DNA of 64,000 bases from the IMG/VR virus record IMGVR_UViG_3300043447_000658, positions 1 through 64,000 of that record; one strand, given 5' to 3'. The position numbers were made by a program, and so were the translations under genes. This DNA comes from an uncultured virus (IMG/VR IMGVR_UViG_3300043447_000658) (lineage: Duplodnaviria; Heunggongvirae; Uroviricota; Caudoviricetes). This document shows, one piece after another, positions 11,201 through 19,856 of this stretch; within the stretch, counting starts at the first letter, position 1, and every line of letters starts with the position of its first letter. Below the pieces are notes generated by a model. The model did not search any database. It was given only the letters and a program-made list of their open reading frames with translations, and was not told the DNA's origin.

Positions 11201-11821
11201 ACCCGCGGTCATTCCGTTTGTGTTAACACCAGTTAAAACACCTTCAGTTATTACTAAACCAAAACTATCATTTGGTATATTTTCAGCCGCAATACCTAAT
11301 GTATTTGCGGATTGTCCTTCAGTTAAAAGTGATGCCACACCAATTAATGGGTTATCACCAACCGAACCTGTAATTCTAACAACAGTACCCTTATTTATTT
11401 GAGTACCTGACACGTTTTTACAATATACATCCGTCCGTTGTGTTCTAAATGCAAAAGATGCTGTTGGTACTTGTTGTGAACCACTATATGCTTCTAATAC
11501 ATCTAAACGATTATCTATTGAACCTGAGATTGTTATTAGATTTGTAACACCACTTAGTGAAATGTTATATAATTCACTACCATCACCTTTAAATGAACCG
11601 GTAAAATTTGAAGAGGTTATTGAACCAACTAAATGTATTGAACCTGTATTAACCGTGTTTGTTGAGATTAATTCCTCAACTGTTGGTCCGAGAGAACCTG
11701 AAACTGCCATAAACACTTTACCGTCGGTAGTGTTCAGTGCTAATTCGCCTAATTGTAAATTTGAGTTAGTGGGTTTTTGACCGGATACACTACTCCTACG
11801 CAGTTTTACTATTTGTGCCAT
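8246..11821 (-). CDS. Tail fibre-like protein with an 18-aa coiled-coil repeat
   Basis: 1191 aa; N-terminus IVKLRRS...LQLGELALNTTDGKVF typical of fibre anchors; YVHTQSSASTTWTVTHNLG module; Cys-bounded C-terminal module. Confidence 0.8.
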   Translation of the reverse strand: MAQIVKLRRSSVSGQKPTNSNLQLGELALNTTDGKVFMAVSGSLGPTVEELISTNTVNTGSIHLVGSITSSNFTGSFKGDGSELYNISLSGVTNLITISGSIDNRLDVLEAYSGSQQVPTASFAFRTQRTDVYCKNVSGTQINKGTVVRITGSVGDNPLIGVASLLTEGQSANTLGIAAENIPNDSFGLVITEGVLTGVNTNGMTAGQLLFLGANGTFTTSYPVPPNHGVRLGEVLRVQQNQGSIYVRIDNGAELGESHDVYDTTTNSSYGDLLVKSGSVWVNSRSLNGDYAVTGSLTITQNLTVLGSSSLVYVTSSNLAVSASFISVNVFEPAERFGGLKVYDSGSSNATASLAWDSLHNHWVYQNASGSSYSGGMLLSGPRNSGSLGEEPNLISGRIVKSVGGDHIDVSIISETGTTITVGGNLVANSITGAFDFYGLVNRPTLVSGSSQIEITGTTGYSTFSGSLSSSIGNLSSSIATTTNNIESSVNSIELTTSSLNSYTSSNTTNINAIHTATSSLNLFTSSYNTGSFTGSFIGDGVGLYNIPASGVTGLQLDKILSGNASASIDNNGFYVNRDVYIDGTITAKEIHTDYVTSSVLFQSGSTKFGNTSDDTHQFTGSVYITGSIVSSDTSLVSGSSQIDITNTTGYSTFSSSIKNSIDNVTGSITNLSSSVKNSIDTVTGSITALSSSVKVRIDDVTGSITALSSSVKVRIDDVTGSITALSSSVKVRIDDVTGSITALSSSVKVRIDDVTGSITTLSSSVKNSIDTVTGSITSLSSSVKNSIDTVTGSITSLSSSVKNSFDTITGSITSLSSSVKVRIDSLTGSIDSLNTFSSSVVLTSQTSSMSVLSASYAVTAAFALNAGGGGGQGTTYVHTQSSASTTWTVTHNLGERYPAIVVFDSSGNVIIPTNISAQSTSTLVVTFSSAQTGKVSATVGGGLPHISASYEGRVLAVYNDEPIWKAGIISGSQQLGNLGFATTGSNTFYGNQTISGTTTINIATLGSKCVTISSNTAIFDLGDFDGANFDYVVKNGSNMRAGMIMSAWDGSNSVYNETSTMDMGSTTGVTFTVSGLGVLNANISSGTWAVEVLYRALGCSTINPPSSPSSTNYSISTGYTAPNYCDGLFGSDQTVYGNDSAWTSVTRFYTDSGMTTPFNGGSLWFGDSTAYFGTTLQIDSNGYVIDSYAC
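9320..9860 (-). repeat. Ten tandem 54-nt/18-aa coding repeats (SSSVKVRIDDVTGSITAL)
   Basis: Counted in the translation. Confidence 0.9.
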
Positions 11822-11845
11822 ATATATGGTTCTCTCCTATGATTT

Positions 11846-11894
11846 GTGGTATGTACCACGGTTAATTAGACCTATGTAGGTCATAATATAAATA
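11846..11894 (-). promoter_or_regulatory. TATTTAT motif followed by two leader hairpins with identical ACAU loops
   Basis: GACCT-ACAT-AGGTC (11869-11882) and GTGGT-ACAT-ACCAC (11846-11859) on the minus strand; motif at 11888-11894. Confidence 0.6.
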
Positions 11895-11918
11895 CACAAA
11901 AATTTTATTTAAGTAAAT

Positions 11919-11947
11919 AAAAAAAGGGAACCTTGTGAGTTCCCTTT
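11919..11947 (-). terminator. Intrinsic terminator
   Basis: AAAGGGAAC-N7-GTTCCCTTT stem with a U-run on the minus strand, just past the stop at 11967. Confidence 0.8.
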
Positions 11948-11966
11948 AATATTATATTAAATTTGT

Positions 11967-13955
11967 TTAATACACCCCACCATCGATGACAGTAGAGAAT
12001 TTCAATGTACCATCAGAATTTTTATAACCTAATATACCGTCAAGAACATCAGTTGATTCAGTTGTTGAAACATAACCTAAAATATTTGAGTTATTTTTGA
12101 AAACAACGGCCGATGTTTTAGTTCCGTTATCTGTACCACCTGAGAAAGATAATGTTACATTACCCGCAATTGTGGTATTACCATTCGATGCTGTAACTTG
12201 GAATTTATTTGTGTTATATGATAAAGTTGTACCGTTATCAGTTAATAAACTATCCCCAATGTTATTTAACCCTGTCGCTTTTGGTATTGTGTTTGTAGTT
12301 AAACTAACTTCAGAACCGTATGTTCCAGGTGTTGTTCCTACAAATTTACTTGATTGTCCACTTGCCGAAACAAACATCCAATAATCATTTAATGAATCCC
12401 ATACCATAGATGCTGACACACCTGAAGAACCAGAATCCATAACTTCGAAACCTGCATATCTTTCAAATGGTGAATAAGCATTTAATCTGATAATATTATC
12501 ATCAATGTTTACTGTTGTTGATTGAATATTAACTTGAGTTGATGAACCAAGAACTTCTAACGTTCCTGATACATAAAGGTTAGATAATAAACTTGTATTT
12601 CCTGTGATTGTTAAATCACCTGTAACGTCTAATTTATCGTTTATAACTGTTGAACCTTGAATCAAAACAGAACCTGAAGCTCTGATATCACCATCATTAG
12701 TATCAACCTCAAACCTACCTTGCCCAATTTTTAATTCTGAACCATTATATTGAAAATTAATGTCATCAGTTAGTCTACCTCCTGATGCAACAAAGACAAT
12801 TCTATCTTGATTTAAATCTTCAACTATTGAAGATGAAACTGTTGCCGTTGAGTCTACTTCGATTGTTGAGTGAAATTTAGTAGAACCAGTTACATCGAGA
12901 GTACTGTAAAAACTAACTCCTCCCACGGTTTCTAATGAACCTGTAACCTTAGTATCTCCACCTATATATGTGTTACCATTAATATTTCCACCACCTTTAA
13001 CTGTTAAGGAACCCGAAGCTCTAACATTTCCATTATTACCAGTAACTTCGAAATTACCCGCACCAACTTGTAGTGAACCTGAAGTTCTAGTACCTCCATC
13101 GATGCCAACTTCGAAATTACCCGCACCAACTTTTAATCTTTGTGAGTCAAATGTTAATCCACTATAATCTGTTAATAATCCGTTAGCACCTGCAACTGTA
13201 ACTCTATTTTGTGTTAAGTTACCTATATATGTGTTACCTGTGATAAAAACTTCATCACCAGCACCATTACCTAAATAAGTGTCTCCTTGAACTACTAAAT
13301 CTTCAAATACTGTGATACCACTCAAACTAATTGTTCCCGCGTTTAATACACCAACATTCGCAGTTCCTGAAACATATAAATTTCTCCAAGATTGTGCTCC
13401 CGAACCTAAATCAAATGCATTATTAACTTCAGGTAGAATTGATGAACTAACTTCACCTTGGAAGACAACCAAATCACTTGTTTGATTACCAATGAATATG
13501 TTTCCACCTAATGTTACATTACCTGTTAAGTCAATAGAACCTGTTTGACTTGTGTTACCTGTAATTGAAAGGTCACCATTAAGTCCTAAATTACCATTTA
13601 ATCTGTTAATGGTTAATCCACTGATTGTGTTTCCTTCAATATTACCTGTTAAATCAAGTCTATTATTACCATCTTTACTTAAAACGTAAAGAGATTTATT
13701 ACCTGAAGCGTAGAACGGTGTACCATCGATTACCGAGCCGTAAGAACCAACTGATATTGTTGGAGCAACAGAACCTTGGAATATCTTAGATACGGGTCTA
13801 TAAGCTCCTGCAACACCTTCAGTTTCACCAATGAATACCATCGGTCCGTTTAGGTCACTAATCGAACCTGTGGTCATCACTAATTCACCGACTCTAGCGG
13901 TTACGTCTTTTAGTGTCCCGATACCACCTCTTCTGTGTTTAATTATTTGTGCCAT
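11967..13955 (-). CDS. Tail fibre-like beta-rich virion protein
   Basis: 662 aa; MAQIIKHRRG start, IDGGVY end; shares the DNIIRLN...DSGSS...WD module with its neighbours. Confidence 0.75.
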   Translation of the reverse strand: MAQIIKHRRGGIGTLKDVTARVGELVMTTGSISDLNGPMVFIGETEGVAGAYRPVSKIFQGSVAPTISVGSYGSVIDGTPFYASGNKSLYVLSKDGNNRLDLTGNIEGNTISGLTINRLNGNLGLNGDLSITGNTSQTGSIDLTGNVTLGGNIFIGNQTSDLVVFQGEVSSSILPEVNNAFDLGSGAQSWRNLYVSGTANVGVLNAGTISLSGITVFEDLVVQGDTYLGNGAGDEVFITGNTYIGNLTQNRVTVAGANGLLTDYSGLTFDSQRLKVGAGNFEVGIDGGTRTSGSLQVGAGNFEVTGNNGNVRASGSLTVKGGGNINGNTYIGGDTKVTGSLETVGGVSFYSTLDVTGSTKFHSTIEVDSTATVSSSIVEDLNQDRIVFVASGGRLTDDINFQYNGSELKIGQGRFEVDTNDGDIRASGSVLIQGSTVINDKLDVTGDLTITGNTSLLSNLYVSGTLEVLGSSTQVNIQSTTVNIDDNIIRLNAYSPFERYAGFEVMDSGSSGVSASMVWDSLNDYWMFVSASGQSSKFVGTTPGTYGSEVSLTTNTIPKATGLNNIGDSLLTDNGTTLSYNTNKFQVTASNGNTTIAGNVTLSFSGGTDNGTKTSAVVFKNNSNILGYVSTTESTDVLDGILGYKNSDGTLKFSTVIDGGVY

Positions 13956-13996
13956 ATTGTAATTTTAATTCTTTTATATAAATACTTTATTTTTAA

Positions 13997-14767
13997 TTAG
14001 AAAAATCCACCACAGTCAATAACAGCAAATTTGCTTACGTCCGCCATTTCACCCAATCCCTGTATTTTAAGAGAGGCAGCAATAACCTGTGCATTTATTT
14101 GATTTTGAACGACATTCATAGCTCCAGAAACCACAAGTGACTCAACATTCGGGTCTAATCGTTGAACTAAAGTTGTCTGTCCCTCAACTAATAAATCGCC
14201 TTTGATTCTCATTGAACCTGTAACCTGTAAATCGTTTGTTGTTGCATAATATGAACCTGTTGGTCTCCATATACCACTCTCTTCGATGGCAATCGCAACT
14301 GAACTTGAAAAATTTGTGAATTGTGTGTCTTGTATAAATCCTTCCTCACCACCCAAAGGACCTCCAATCCACTTATCGTTGAGGGTATCCCAAAGTAATG
14401 AACCTGAAATCGTGTTAGGTGCTGTGGGGTCTTTAACTAATAAACCACCGAACGCCGCCGCAGTTCCGTTCAGTTCAACAATATTGTCACCAATAGTAAC
14501 AACATTCGATTCTACCGCTGTTGTTGTACCTTTAACAATTAAATTACCCTTTACGGTTAGATTTGAACCTGTGGTCTCAATTGCTTCTTTAATTGACGCT
14601 GACCAATAATTTAACTCATCACTATTTGATAATAATTGTCCAGAAATGTATATATGGTCGGCATAAATTGAGTGTAGAGAACCTGAAACGGCACCTAAGT
14701 TCACTTCAGAACCTGAAGGAACATACTCTGTGTCAATTTGTAACCAATTAATCCGTTGTAACGCCAT
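13997..14767 (-). CDS. Short tail fibre-like paralog
   Basis: 256 aa; IGDNIVELN...FGGL...SLLWD module; IDCGGFF end. Confidence 0.7.
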   Translation of the reverse strand: MALQRINWLQIDTEYVPSGSEVNLGAVSGSLHSIYADHIYISGQLLSNSDELNYWSASIKEAIETTGSNLTVKGNLIVKGTTTAVESNVVTIGDNIVELNGTAAAFGGLLVKDPTAPNTISGSLLWDTLNDKWIGGPLGGEEGFIQDTQFTNFSSSVAIAIEESGIWRPTGSYYATTNDLQVTGSMRIKGDLLVEGQTTLVQRLDPNVESLVVSGAMNVVQNQINAQVIAASLKIQGLGEMADVSKFAVIDCGGFF

Positions 14768-14817
14768 TGAAATGTAAAGTCTTTTACATAAATACTTTTT
14801 ATTTCAGATGTCAGCAT

Positions 14818-14846
14818 AAAAAAAGGGATTTTTTTAATCCCTTTTT
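14818..14846. terminator. Intrinsic terminator, potentially bidirectional
   Basis: AAAAAGGGATT-N5-AATCCCTTTTT immediately after the glutaredoxin stop. Confidence 0.8.
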
Positions 14847-14849
14847 ATT

Positions 14850-15122
14850 TTAAACGTAATTTTTGATTATTTCAACCGCTTCATCTTGATTTTGGAAGTC
14901 ACGACCAGGTATAAAAATAGGTCCTGTGTCATCGTTTTCCTTCTTTATGAATATTGTAGGTAATAAATTATGACCTGTTTGACTAACCACTTGGTCCCAT
15001 ATAGGTCGATTCTGATTTATTTCCAATTCTTCATACGGAATTGATAATTCTGTTAATTTTTCTTTTAAACTAGCACAATGTCCACAAGTTTTTAAAGTAA
15101 AAATAATAATCGTGTTACTCAT
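14850..15122 (-). CDS. Glutaredoxin/NrdH-like redoxin
   Basis: CGHC active site, LPTIFI cis-Pro motif, 90 aa. Confidence 0.85.
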   Translation of the reverse strand: MSNTIIIFTLKTCGHCASLKEKLTELSIPYEELEINQNRPIWDQVVSQTGHNLLPTIFIKKENDDTGPIFIPGRDFQNQDEAVEIIKNYV

Positions 15123-15123
15123 A

Positions 15124-15438
15124 CTACAAATTAAATGATTCAGTTATCACTTTATCATAGAAATTTTTAGTGTTTGCTCCTGTTGCTCTGAATACCTCTT
15201 TCTTACCCTCAAATAAAATAACCGTAGGAACACTTCTAACTCCCATCTGCATCGCTAAGTCAGTATTTTGGTCAACATCTAACTTTACAAATTCAACTCC
15301 CTCATAATTGTTTTGAATTGATTCTAAAGTTGGTACTAAAGCCTTACAAGGTCCACACCAAGTGGCAAAAAAGTCTACCAATACTTTCTCGTTATTATTT
15401 AATTTTTCTGTTAATTGTTCTGTTGTTAATTGTTTCAT
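15124..15438 (-). CDS. trxA: Thioredoxin
   Basis: DFFATWCGPCK and VRSVPT motifs, 104 aa. Confidence 0.95.
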   Translation of the reverse strand: MKQLTTEQLTEKLNNNEKVLVDFFATWCGPCKALVPTLESIQNNYEGVEFVKLDVDQNTDLAMQMGVRSVPTVILFEGKKEVFRATGANTKNFYDKVITESFNL

Positions 15439-16505
15439 TGGAATCCTATTGATTTTTTTTCTTTTGTTATTCTGACTTCATCGGAGTCTACATTATATAT
15501 ATCAGCCAAACTCATTGGTTCGGTTGATTTATGATTTTTACCTAAATGGTCCAACAACTTGTTAGTTTCGTCCACTGCTAATTTTTCAAACTTATGTTCG
15601 GCAATTAATCTACCTTTTCGAAGTAATGCTTGGTCAATCCTCTCTCTTTTCATATTAAAGGTTGCAATTACTTGAATGTTTAAACAATCACCTAATATAC
15701 CATCAGTTAGGTTTAAGATATTTGATACACCAGCGGGTGAACCATTACCTTCTCTATCTGATATAACACGTTCAGCGTCTTCAATAATTAAAATACTATT
15801 TTTCTTTTCCATCAAGAATGGTATAATCGATGGTTCAGATAACATCTCAGCCATTGATGGTGGGATGAATAAAATATCTTTGTCTTGAACGTATTTGGTC
15901 AAATATTTTAAGTAGGAGGTCTTACCTGTACCAGGGTCTCCGTGTAATAAAATAATTCCCTTATCGTTAGTTTTATTTAATCTTTTAATAATAATATCGT
16001 GAATCTTTTTAAATTCAGAACCGTAATTTAATTCTAAATCCATATCAGGAACCGGTAAATCATATTCTTCGGTATCCAAATGACCCATTTCACTTTTAAC
16101 CAATTGAATGTTTGCTCTCTTCTTTTCTTTGACGAATTTATTTATTTCATCAAAATCAATTTGAGCATTTATTTCACCATTCTTTAAGTTGTAAAGAATA
16201 TCAAGAGTTATGATTTCAGTTTTTTTCTCGGTTGAAAGGTCTGCTCGAACCATAATTTGTTTTTCATTATGGATTAATAGACTTTCAATTGCAATATCAT
16301 AATTCTTTTTTGTGTTCTCAATCTTATGAGTTACAACATAACCTTCTCGTTTAAAGTATTCAAGAACTTTAGGGTCGTAATATGTTCTATTACTATATTT
16401 CGACGGCATATCACCAAACAATACAATGAAGTATTGACTATCGGGGAAGTCGTTCGAATACACTGAGTCATATAACTTCAGTTCTGAAGGTAGGATTCTT
16501 TTCAT
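15435..16505 (-). CDS. AAA+ family ATPase
   Basis: Walker A GDPGTGKT, Walker B ILIIED, second region of homology IDQALLRKGR. Confidence 0.9.
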   Translation of the reverse strand: MKRILPSELKLYDSVYSNDFPDSQYFIVLFGDMPSKYSNRTYYDPKVLEYFKREGYVVTHKIENTKKNYDIAIESLLIHNEKQIMVRADLSTEKKTEIITLDILYNLKNGEINAQIDFDEINKFVKEKKRANIQLVKSEMGHLDTEEYDLPVPDMDLELNYGSEFKKIHDIIIKRLNKTNDKGIILLHGDPGTGKTSYLKYLTKYVQDKDILFIPPSMAEMLSEPSIIPFLMEKKNSILIIEDAERVISDREGNGSPAGVSNILNLTDGILGDCLNIQVIATFNMKRERIDQALLRKGRLIAEHKFEKLAVDETNKLLDHLGKNHKSTEPMSLADIYNVDSDEVRITKEKKSIGFQ

Positions 16506-16541
16506 AATAGAAAGATAATTAAAAATTGTTTAATAGAAAAG

Positions 16542-16823
16542 TTAATTCAAAGAGTATGTACCAAATTTTGTGGTTACGATTGGGTTGAATACTTTTCTTT
16601 CTGTTTGTTTCGTGATGATAGTTTTTTTTAGTTCTTCAAACTGTTCTTGTGTTAAGTTTGGTTCACCGAGGGAATCGAAATTTTTTTCGGATATTTTACA
16701 CAGCTCATCATAAAAAATGTCAGGATTTATACTTGACATAAAGTAAGAACTGGCCTCTTCATTTTTTGATAAAAACGATTTGATTTGATTTAAATAAATT
16801 AAAACTTCAGGTTTATAATTCAT
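16542..16823 (-). CDS. Hypothetical protein
   Basis: 93 aa ORF coupled to the nusG stop. Confidence 0.7.
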   Translation of the reverse strand: MNYKPEVLIYLNQIKSFLSKNEEASSYFMSSINPDIFYDELCKISEKNFDSLGEPNLTQEQFEELKKTIITKQTERKVFNPIVTTKFGTYSLN

Positions 16824-17347
16824 TATACTTTTTCTACGTGCTCAATACCAACGGTAACAATCGTTCCTCTACCAAATATCTTAACCTCAACATCCACTTT
16901 GTCTCCTTTAACTGACGATATCACACCATTAAATCCATTAAATGCTCCGTCAGATATTGAAACAATGTCACCACTGTTTAATGTAATTTTTTTAGATTGT
17001 ATATGCTCATCAAGAACTTCATCTTTTAAAATTCTTGCAACATCACTTTCTCTTAAAAGTACAGGTGTTTTGTCCCCAAGTAACCCCATAATTGATTGTT
17101 GATGAGCAATCACTTTAAGGTCATCATCATTCAATTTTTGTTTGGTTTCGAAATAAAGATATCCACTATAAAGAACCTTTTCTCTAATCACTTTTTTGTT
17201 TTTTACAACAACCAAGTTTTTTTCAAGAGGACACACAAATCTAAGGATGTTTTTAATACTACCCAAAGAAATTTCCTTATTATATTGTTCGGTTAATTGT
17301 CTTTCCTTACCCGGTAAAACTTTTACCACATACCAACTTGTACTCAT
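16823..17347 (-). CDS. nusG: Transcription elongation/antitermination factor, NusG family
   Basis: NGN domain (WYVVKVLPGKE...YSGYLYFE) and KOW domain (GDIVSISDGAFNGFNG...VKIFGR). Confidence 0.9.
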   Translation of the reverse strand: MSTSWYVVKVLPGKERQLTEQYNKEISLGSIKNILRFVCPLEKNLVVVKNKKVIREKVLYSGYLYFETKQKLNDDDLKVIAHQQSIMGLLGDKTPVLLRESDVARILKDEVLDEHIQSKKITLNSGDIVSISDGAFNGFNGVISSVKGDKVDVEVKIFGRGTIVTVGIEHVEKV

Positions 17348-17373
17348 AATTAAATTATTTTTATAAATATGAA

Positions 17374-18210
17374 CTAATAGTTCATTATTAGGAGTTCAGT
17401 TCCCACGTTCTTTTCTTTCTTGGTAGACGCCGCTTTGCTGAAATCTTTCTGTTCCCAACGATAATCTTCTTTTGGGAACCACTCTGATAATTGCGGAAAA
17501 TCGTAATATGATAGACTAAATTTACCTTGTATACCTTTAATACAATCCGCCAATCTCAAGTGGTCATTCACATCAAAATCGTGATTTGAATAATAATTTT
17601 CGGTTTTCCAATATGGTGGGTCCATATAGAAATATGTTGTTGGTGAATCGTATTTTTCAACTACTTTTTGAAAATCGGTATTCTCAACGAACGTAATTTT
17701 ATCAAAATGTTCTCTATATTTTGGATTCTTTAACTTATCCATAAAGACCAACACCTTACAACGATATTTTCCTTTGTAATCCATATAAGATGCGGTTTCA
17801 GGTTTTGAACCTGAGAATACTTGTCCCAATACATAAACGTATTTACACGCAATCTCTAAACTATTCTCATCGGTGATGACTAAATTCTCATCGAATATCT
17901 CTTGTTGATATTGAGCGAACATTTGTCCGTATTCAACAGGAGTATCAACAACACCTAATTGCTGACAAGGGTATTGTGACAATGCACCCCATAGAACATC
18001 ATAGTTCTTAGCCCATTTCATCAAGTTATAATTTAACCTGTTATAGTCATTATAAACGACAGTCTTAAGGTTAGGATACTTTTTTAAGTCCATATTAAAA
18101 AACACCCAAAACATACCTGAAAACCCCTCTACGTAGGTTTCAATGTCGTTTGGGATATATTCCTTTATCCACTTACCAATTCTTGCTTTTCCTCCAATGT
18201 ACGATATCAT
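17374..18210 (-). CDS. Dam-like (D12 class) N6-adenine DNA methyltransferase
   Basis: YIGGK, YVEGFSG, VYND and DPPY motifs; ELLIMNY C-terminus. Confidence 0.9.
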   Translation of the reverse strand: MISYIGGKARIGKWIKEYIPNDIETYVEGFSGMFWVFFNMDLKKYPNLKTVVYNDYNRLNYNLMKWAKNYDVLWGALSQYPCQQLGVVDTPVEYGQMFAQYQQEIFDENLVITDENSLEIACKYVYVLGQVFSGSKPETASYMDYKGKYRCKVLVFMDKLKNPKYREHFDKITFVENTDFQKVVEKYDSPTTYFYMDPPYWKTENYYSNHDFDVNDHLRLADCIKGIQGKFSLSYYDFPQLSEWFPKEDYRWEQKDFSKAASTKKEKNVGTELLIMNY

Positions 18211-18265
18211 AAAAATTTAGGTTATAAAAAAAATATAAATAAAAAAAATGAGAAAAAGAAATGGG

Positions 18266-18297
18266 TTTGATTTTTATCTTGGAAATAGTTATATTTT
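18266..18297 (+). promoter_or_regulatory. Bacteroidota-type -33/-7 promoter
   Basis: TTTG-N20-TATATTTT, ending 3 nt before the ATG at 18301. Confidence 0.55.
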
Positions 18298-18300
18298 AAT

Positions 18301-18453
18301 ATGGCTTGTTCAGAATGTAAAAAAATACGCGAGGAGGATAAAAAGTACTATGATGAAACTGATAAAATCGCTAAGACGGTTTTCATTGGTTTAATTATAG
18401 TTGGGGGTCTTGCCGTTTACGGGTTGGTGTCCTTAATCAGATACGTGTTATGA
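18301..18453 (+). CDS. Small membrane protein with an N-terminal CxxC, 50 aa (MACSECKK...)
   Basis: Hand translation; C-terminal hydrophobic helix; stop overlaps the next ATG (ATGA). Confidence 0.7.
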   Translation: MACSECKKIREEDKKYYDETDKIAKTVFIGLIIVGGLAVYGLVSLIRYVL

Positions 18454-19088
18454 TTAATTACAAATACTTTATTGTACTTTTTTGTAATAGAAAGAGAAAA
18501 AAACTAATACACAAATCTGCAAAGAGAAGTACAATCACCGAAATTTGGCAGGAGTTAAAAACTCAGAAAAAACCACCGTACATAAAGACTAACTCGGGGA
18601 AAAAAAGAACCAATACCAAATATGAATTGGCGTTAATTTATCCTAAGACTAGATGGTCAACAAAGACCTATGTTAAAGATGAATTAGGTAGAAACGAGGA
18701 AGTTATTTTAAGTAACGACAAAGAGAGAGTTAAAGAGATAATCCCATATTGGATTGAGGAGTTGATATACGACTTTGACAACAAAAAAAGAATTCGTTAT
18801 CACGAGATGATTGAGTACATTTTAAAAGTAACTGATGTTGCTCAGGTATTCACTCTCAATAATAAAATATTTGTTCAGGTTGATAATGACGTGAGAATGT
18901 TTGGGAATAAAAATATAGACGATTCGATTCGTTTATTTAATATTATTCGTGAAGATTTGTTGAAAAGAAAGAAAAATAATTTTATTTTCGTTAAGGACGT
19001 TACAACACACCAAAGAAGGATGTTATATGATTTGTTAGTGGCTAAAGGTTATAAAAGAACCGAGCTGTTTAGACATTACTCTTACTAA
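18450..19088 (+). CDS. Basic hypothetical protein
   Basis: 212 aa ORF in the only plus-strand unit of the window. Confidence 0.75.
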   Translation: MINYKYFIVLFCNRKRKKLIHKSAKRSTITEIWQELKTQKKPPYIKTNSGKKRTNTKYELALIYPKTRWSTKTYVKDELGRNEEVILSNDKERVKEIIPYWIEELIYDFDNKKRIRYHEMIEYILKVTDVAQVFTLNNKIFVQVDNDVRMFGNKNIDDSIRLFNIIREDLLKRKKNNFIFVKDVTTHQRRMLYDLLVAKGYKRTELFRHYSY

Positions 19089-19302
19089 ACACAACATCTA
19101 CATCACCGATTTTAATTGAGAATTTATTAGTGACGGGACTAATTTTTTGTTTTGTTTTCTCTACGTTTAAGTTAAATATTCTATTGAACTCATCTTCTTT
19201 TAATTCAAAGATTACTGTTCTTGATTCCGATTCTAAATTTATTTTTTCTAATAAGTCTGATATTATCGCAATTTGATTAAAAAAATTACCTTTTTTTTCC
19301 AT
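19069..19302 (-). CDS. Hypothetical protein
   Basis: 77 aa ORF within a tight operon. Confidence 0.65.
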   Translation of the reverse strand: MEKKGNFFNQIAIISDLLEKINLESESRTVIFELKEDEFNRIFNLNVEKTKQKISPVTNKFSIKIGDVDVVFSKSNV

Positions 19303-19489
19303 AACCTAATACCGTTAGTATTTTTTTAAAGAACGATGTTTTATTTTTTGGTTTCGGTTCGAACATTTTGGACTTATCGAAAGATGTTATTTCCTTAATC
19401 ATCTTCTTCTTGTGCTCCTGTATCTCCTTCAAGTCCTTCGTCTGCTCTTTCTCCAACCACTCTAATCCCTGTTGAATCTTCTTGTCCAT
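19286..19489 (-). CDS. Hypothetical protein (probable start MDKKIQQG)
   Basis: ORF track; start uncertain; overlaps the upstream gene. Confidence 0.6.
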   Translation of the reverse strand: MDKKIQQGLEWLEKEQTKDLKEIQEHKKKMIKEITSFDKSKMFEPKPKNKTSFFKKILTVLGYGKKR

Positions 19490-19850
19490 AAGTATCAATA
19501 AAGCTTATTTCTTTTAATTTATCTAATGATTGATTTTGGAATAACGCCTGTAATTCTTTTACTTTTGAATGGAATAGTCTTTGTTTTTCCTCTTCCTCTT
19601 TGTTAATTACAACAACTTCATTTGCACAAGCAAAAACCACATCATACCCTTCTTGCGTTGCCGTGGAAATCAAAGATACCAAATGAAACTTATCATTTTT
19701 ATCTTGTACCTTCGCCTTTACCAACTTATATTGTGATATAATTTGTTCATACTTCCAACTTAGTGGAAATTTAATATCTAAACTAACGTTATTATCAATT
19801 TCACGTAGTGAAAAGAAATACGGTCTTAATCCTTTTATATTTTCGTACAC
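19395..19850 (-). CDS. Hypothetical protein
   Basis: 151 aa ORF with a GTG start. Confidence 0.7.
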   Translation of the reverse strand: MYENIKGLRPYFFSLREIDNNVSLDIKFPLSWKYEQIISQYKLVKAKVQDKNDKFHLVSLISTATQEGYDVVFACANEVVVINKEEEEKQRLFHSKVKELQALFQNQSLDKLKEISFIDTYGQEDSTGIRVVGERADEGLEGDTGAQEEDD

Positions 19851-19856
19851 TAAATT

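Noticed and set aside
633..14767. Diversity-generating retroelement acting on fibre or lectin tips
   Set aside because: No reverse transcriptase in the window and no template/variable repeat pair with adenine-specific differences seen
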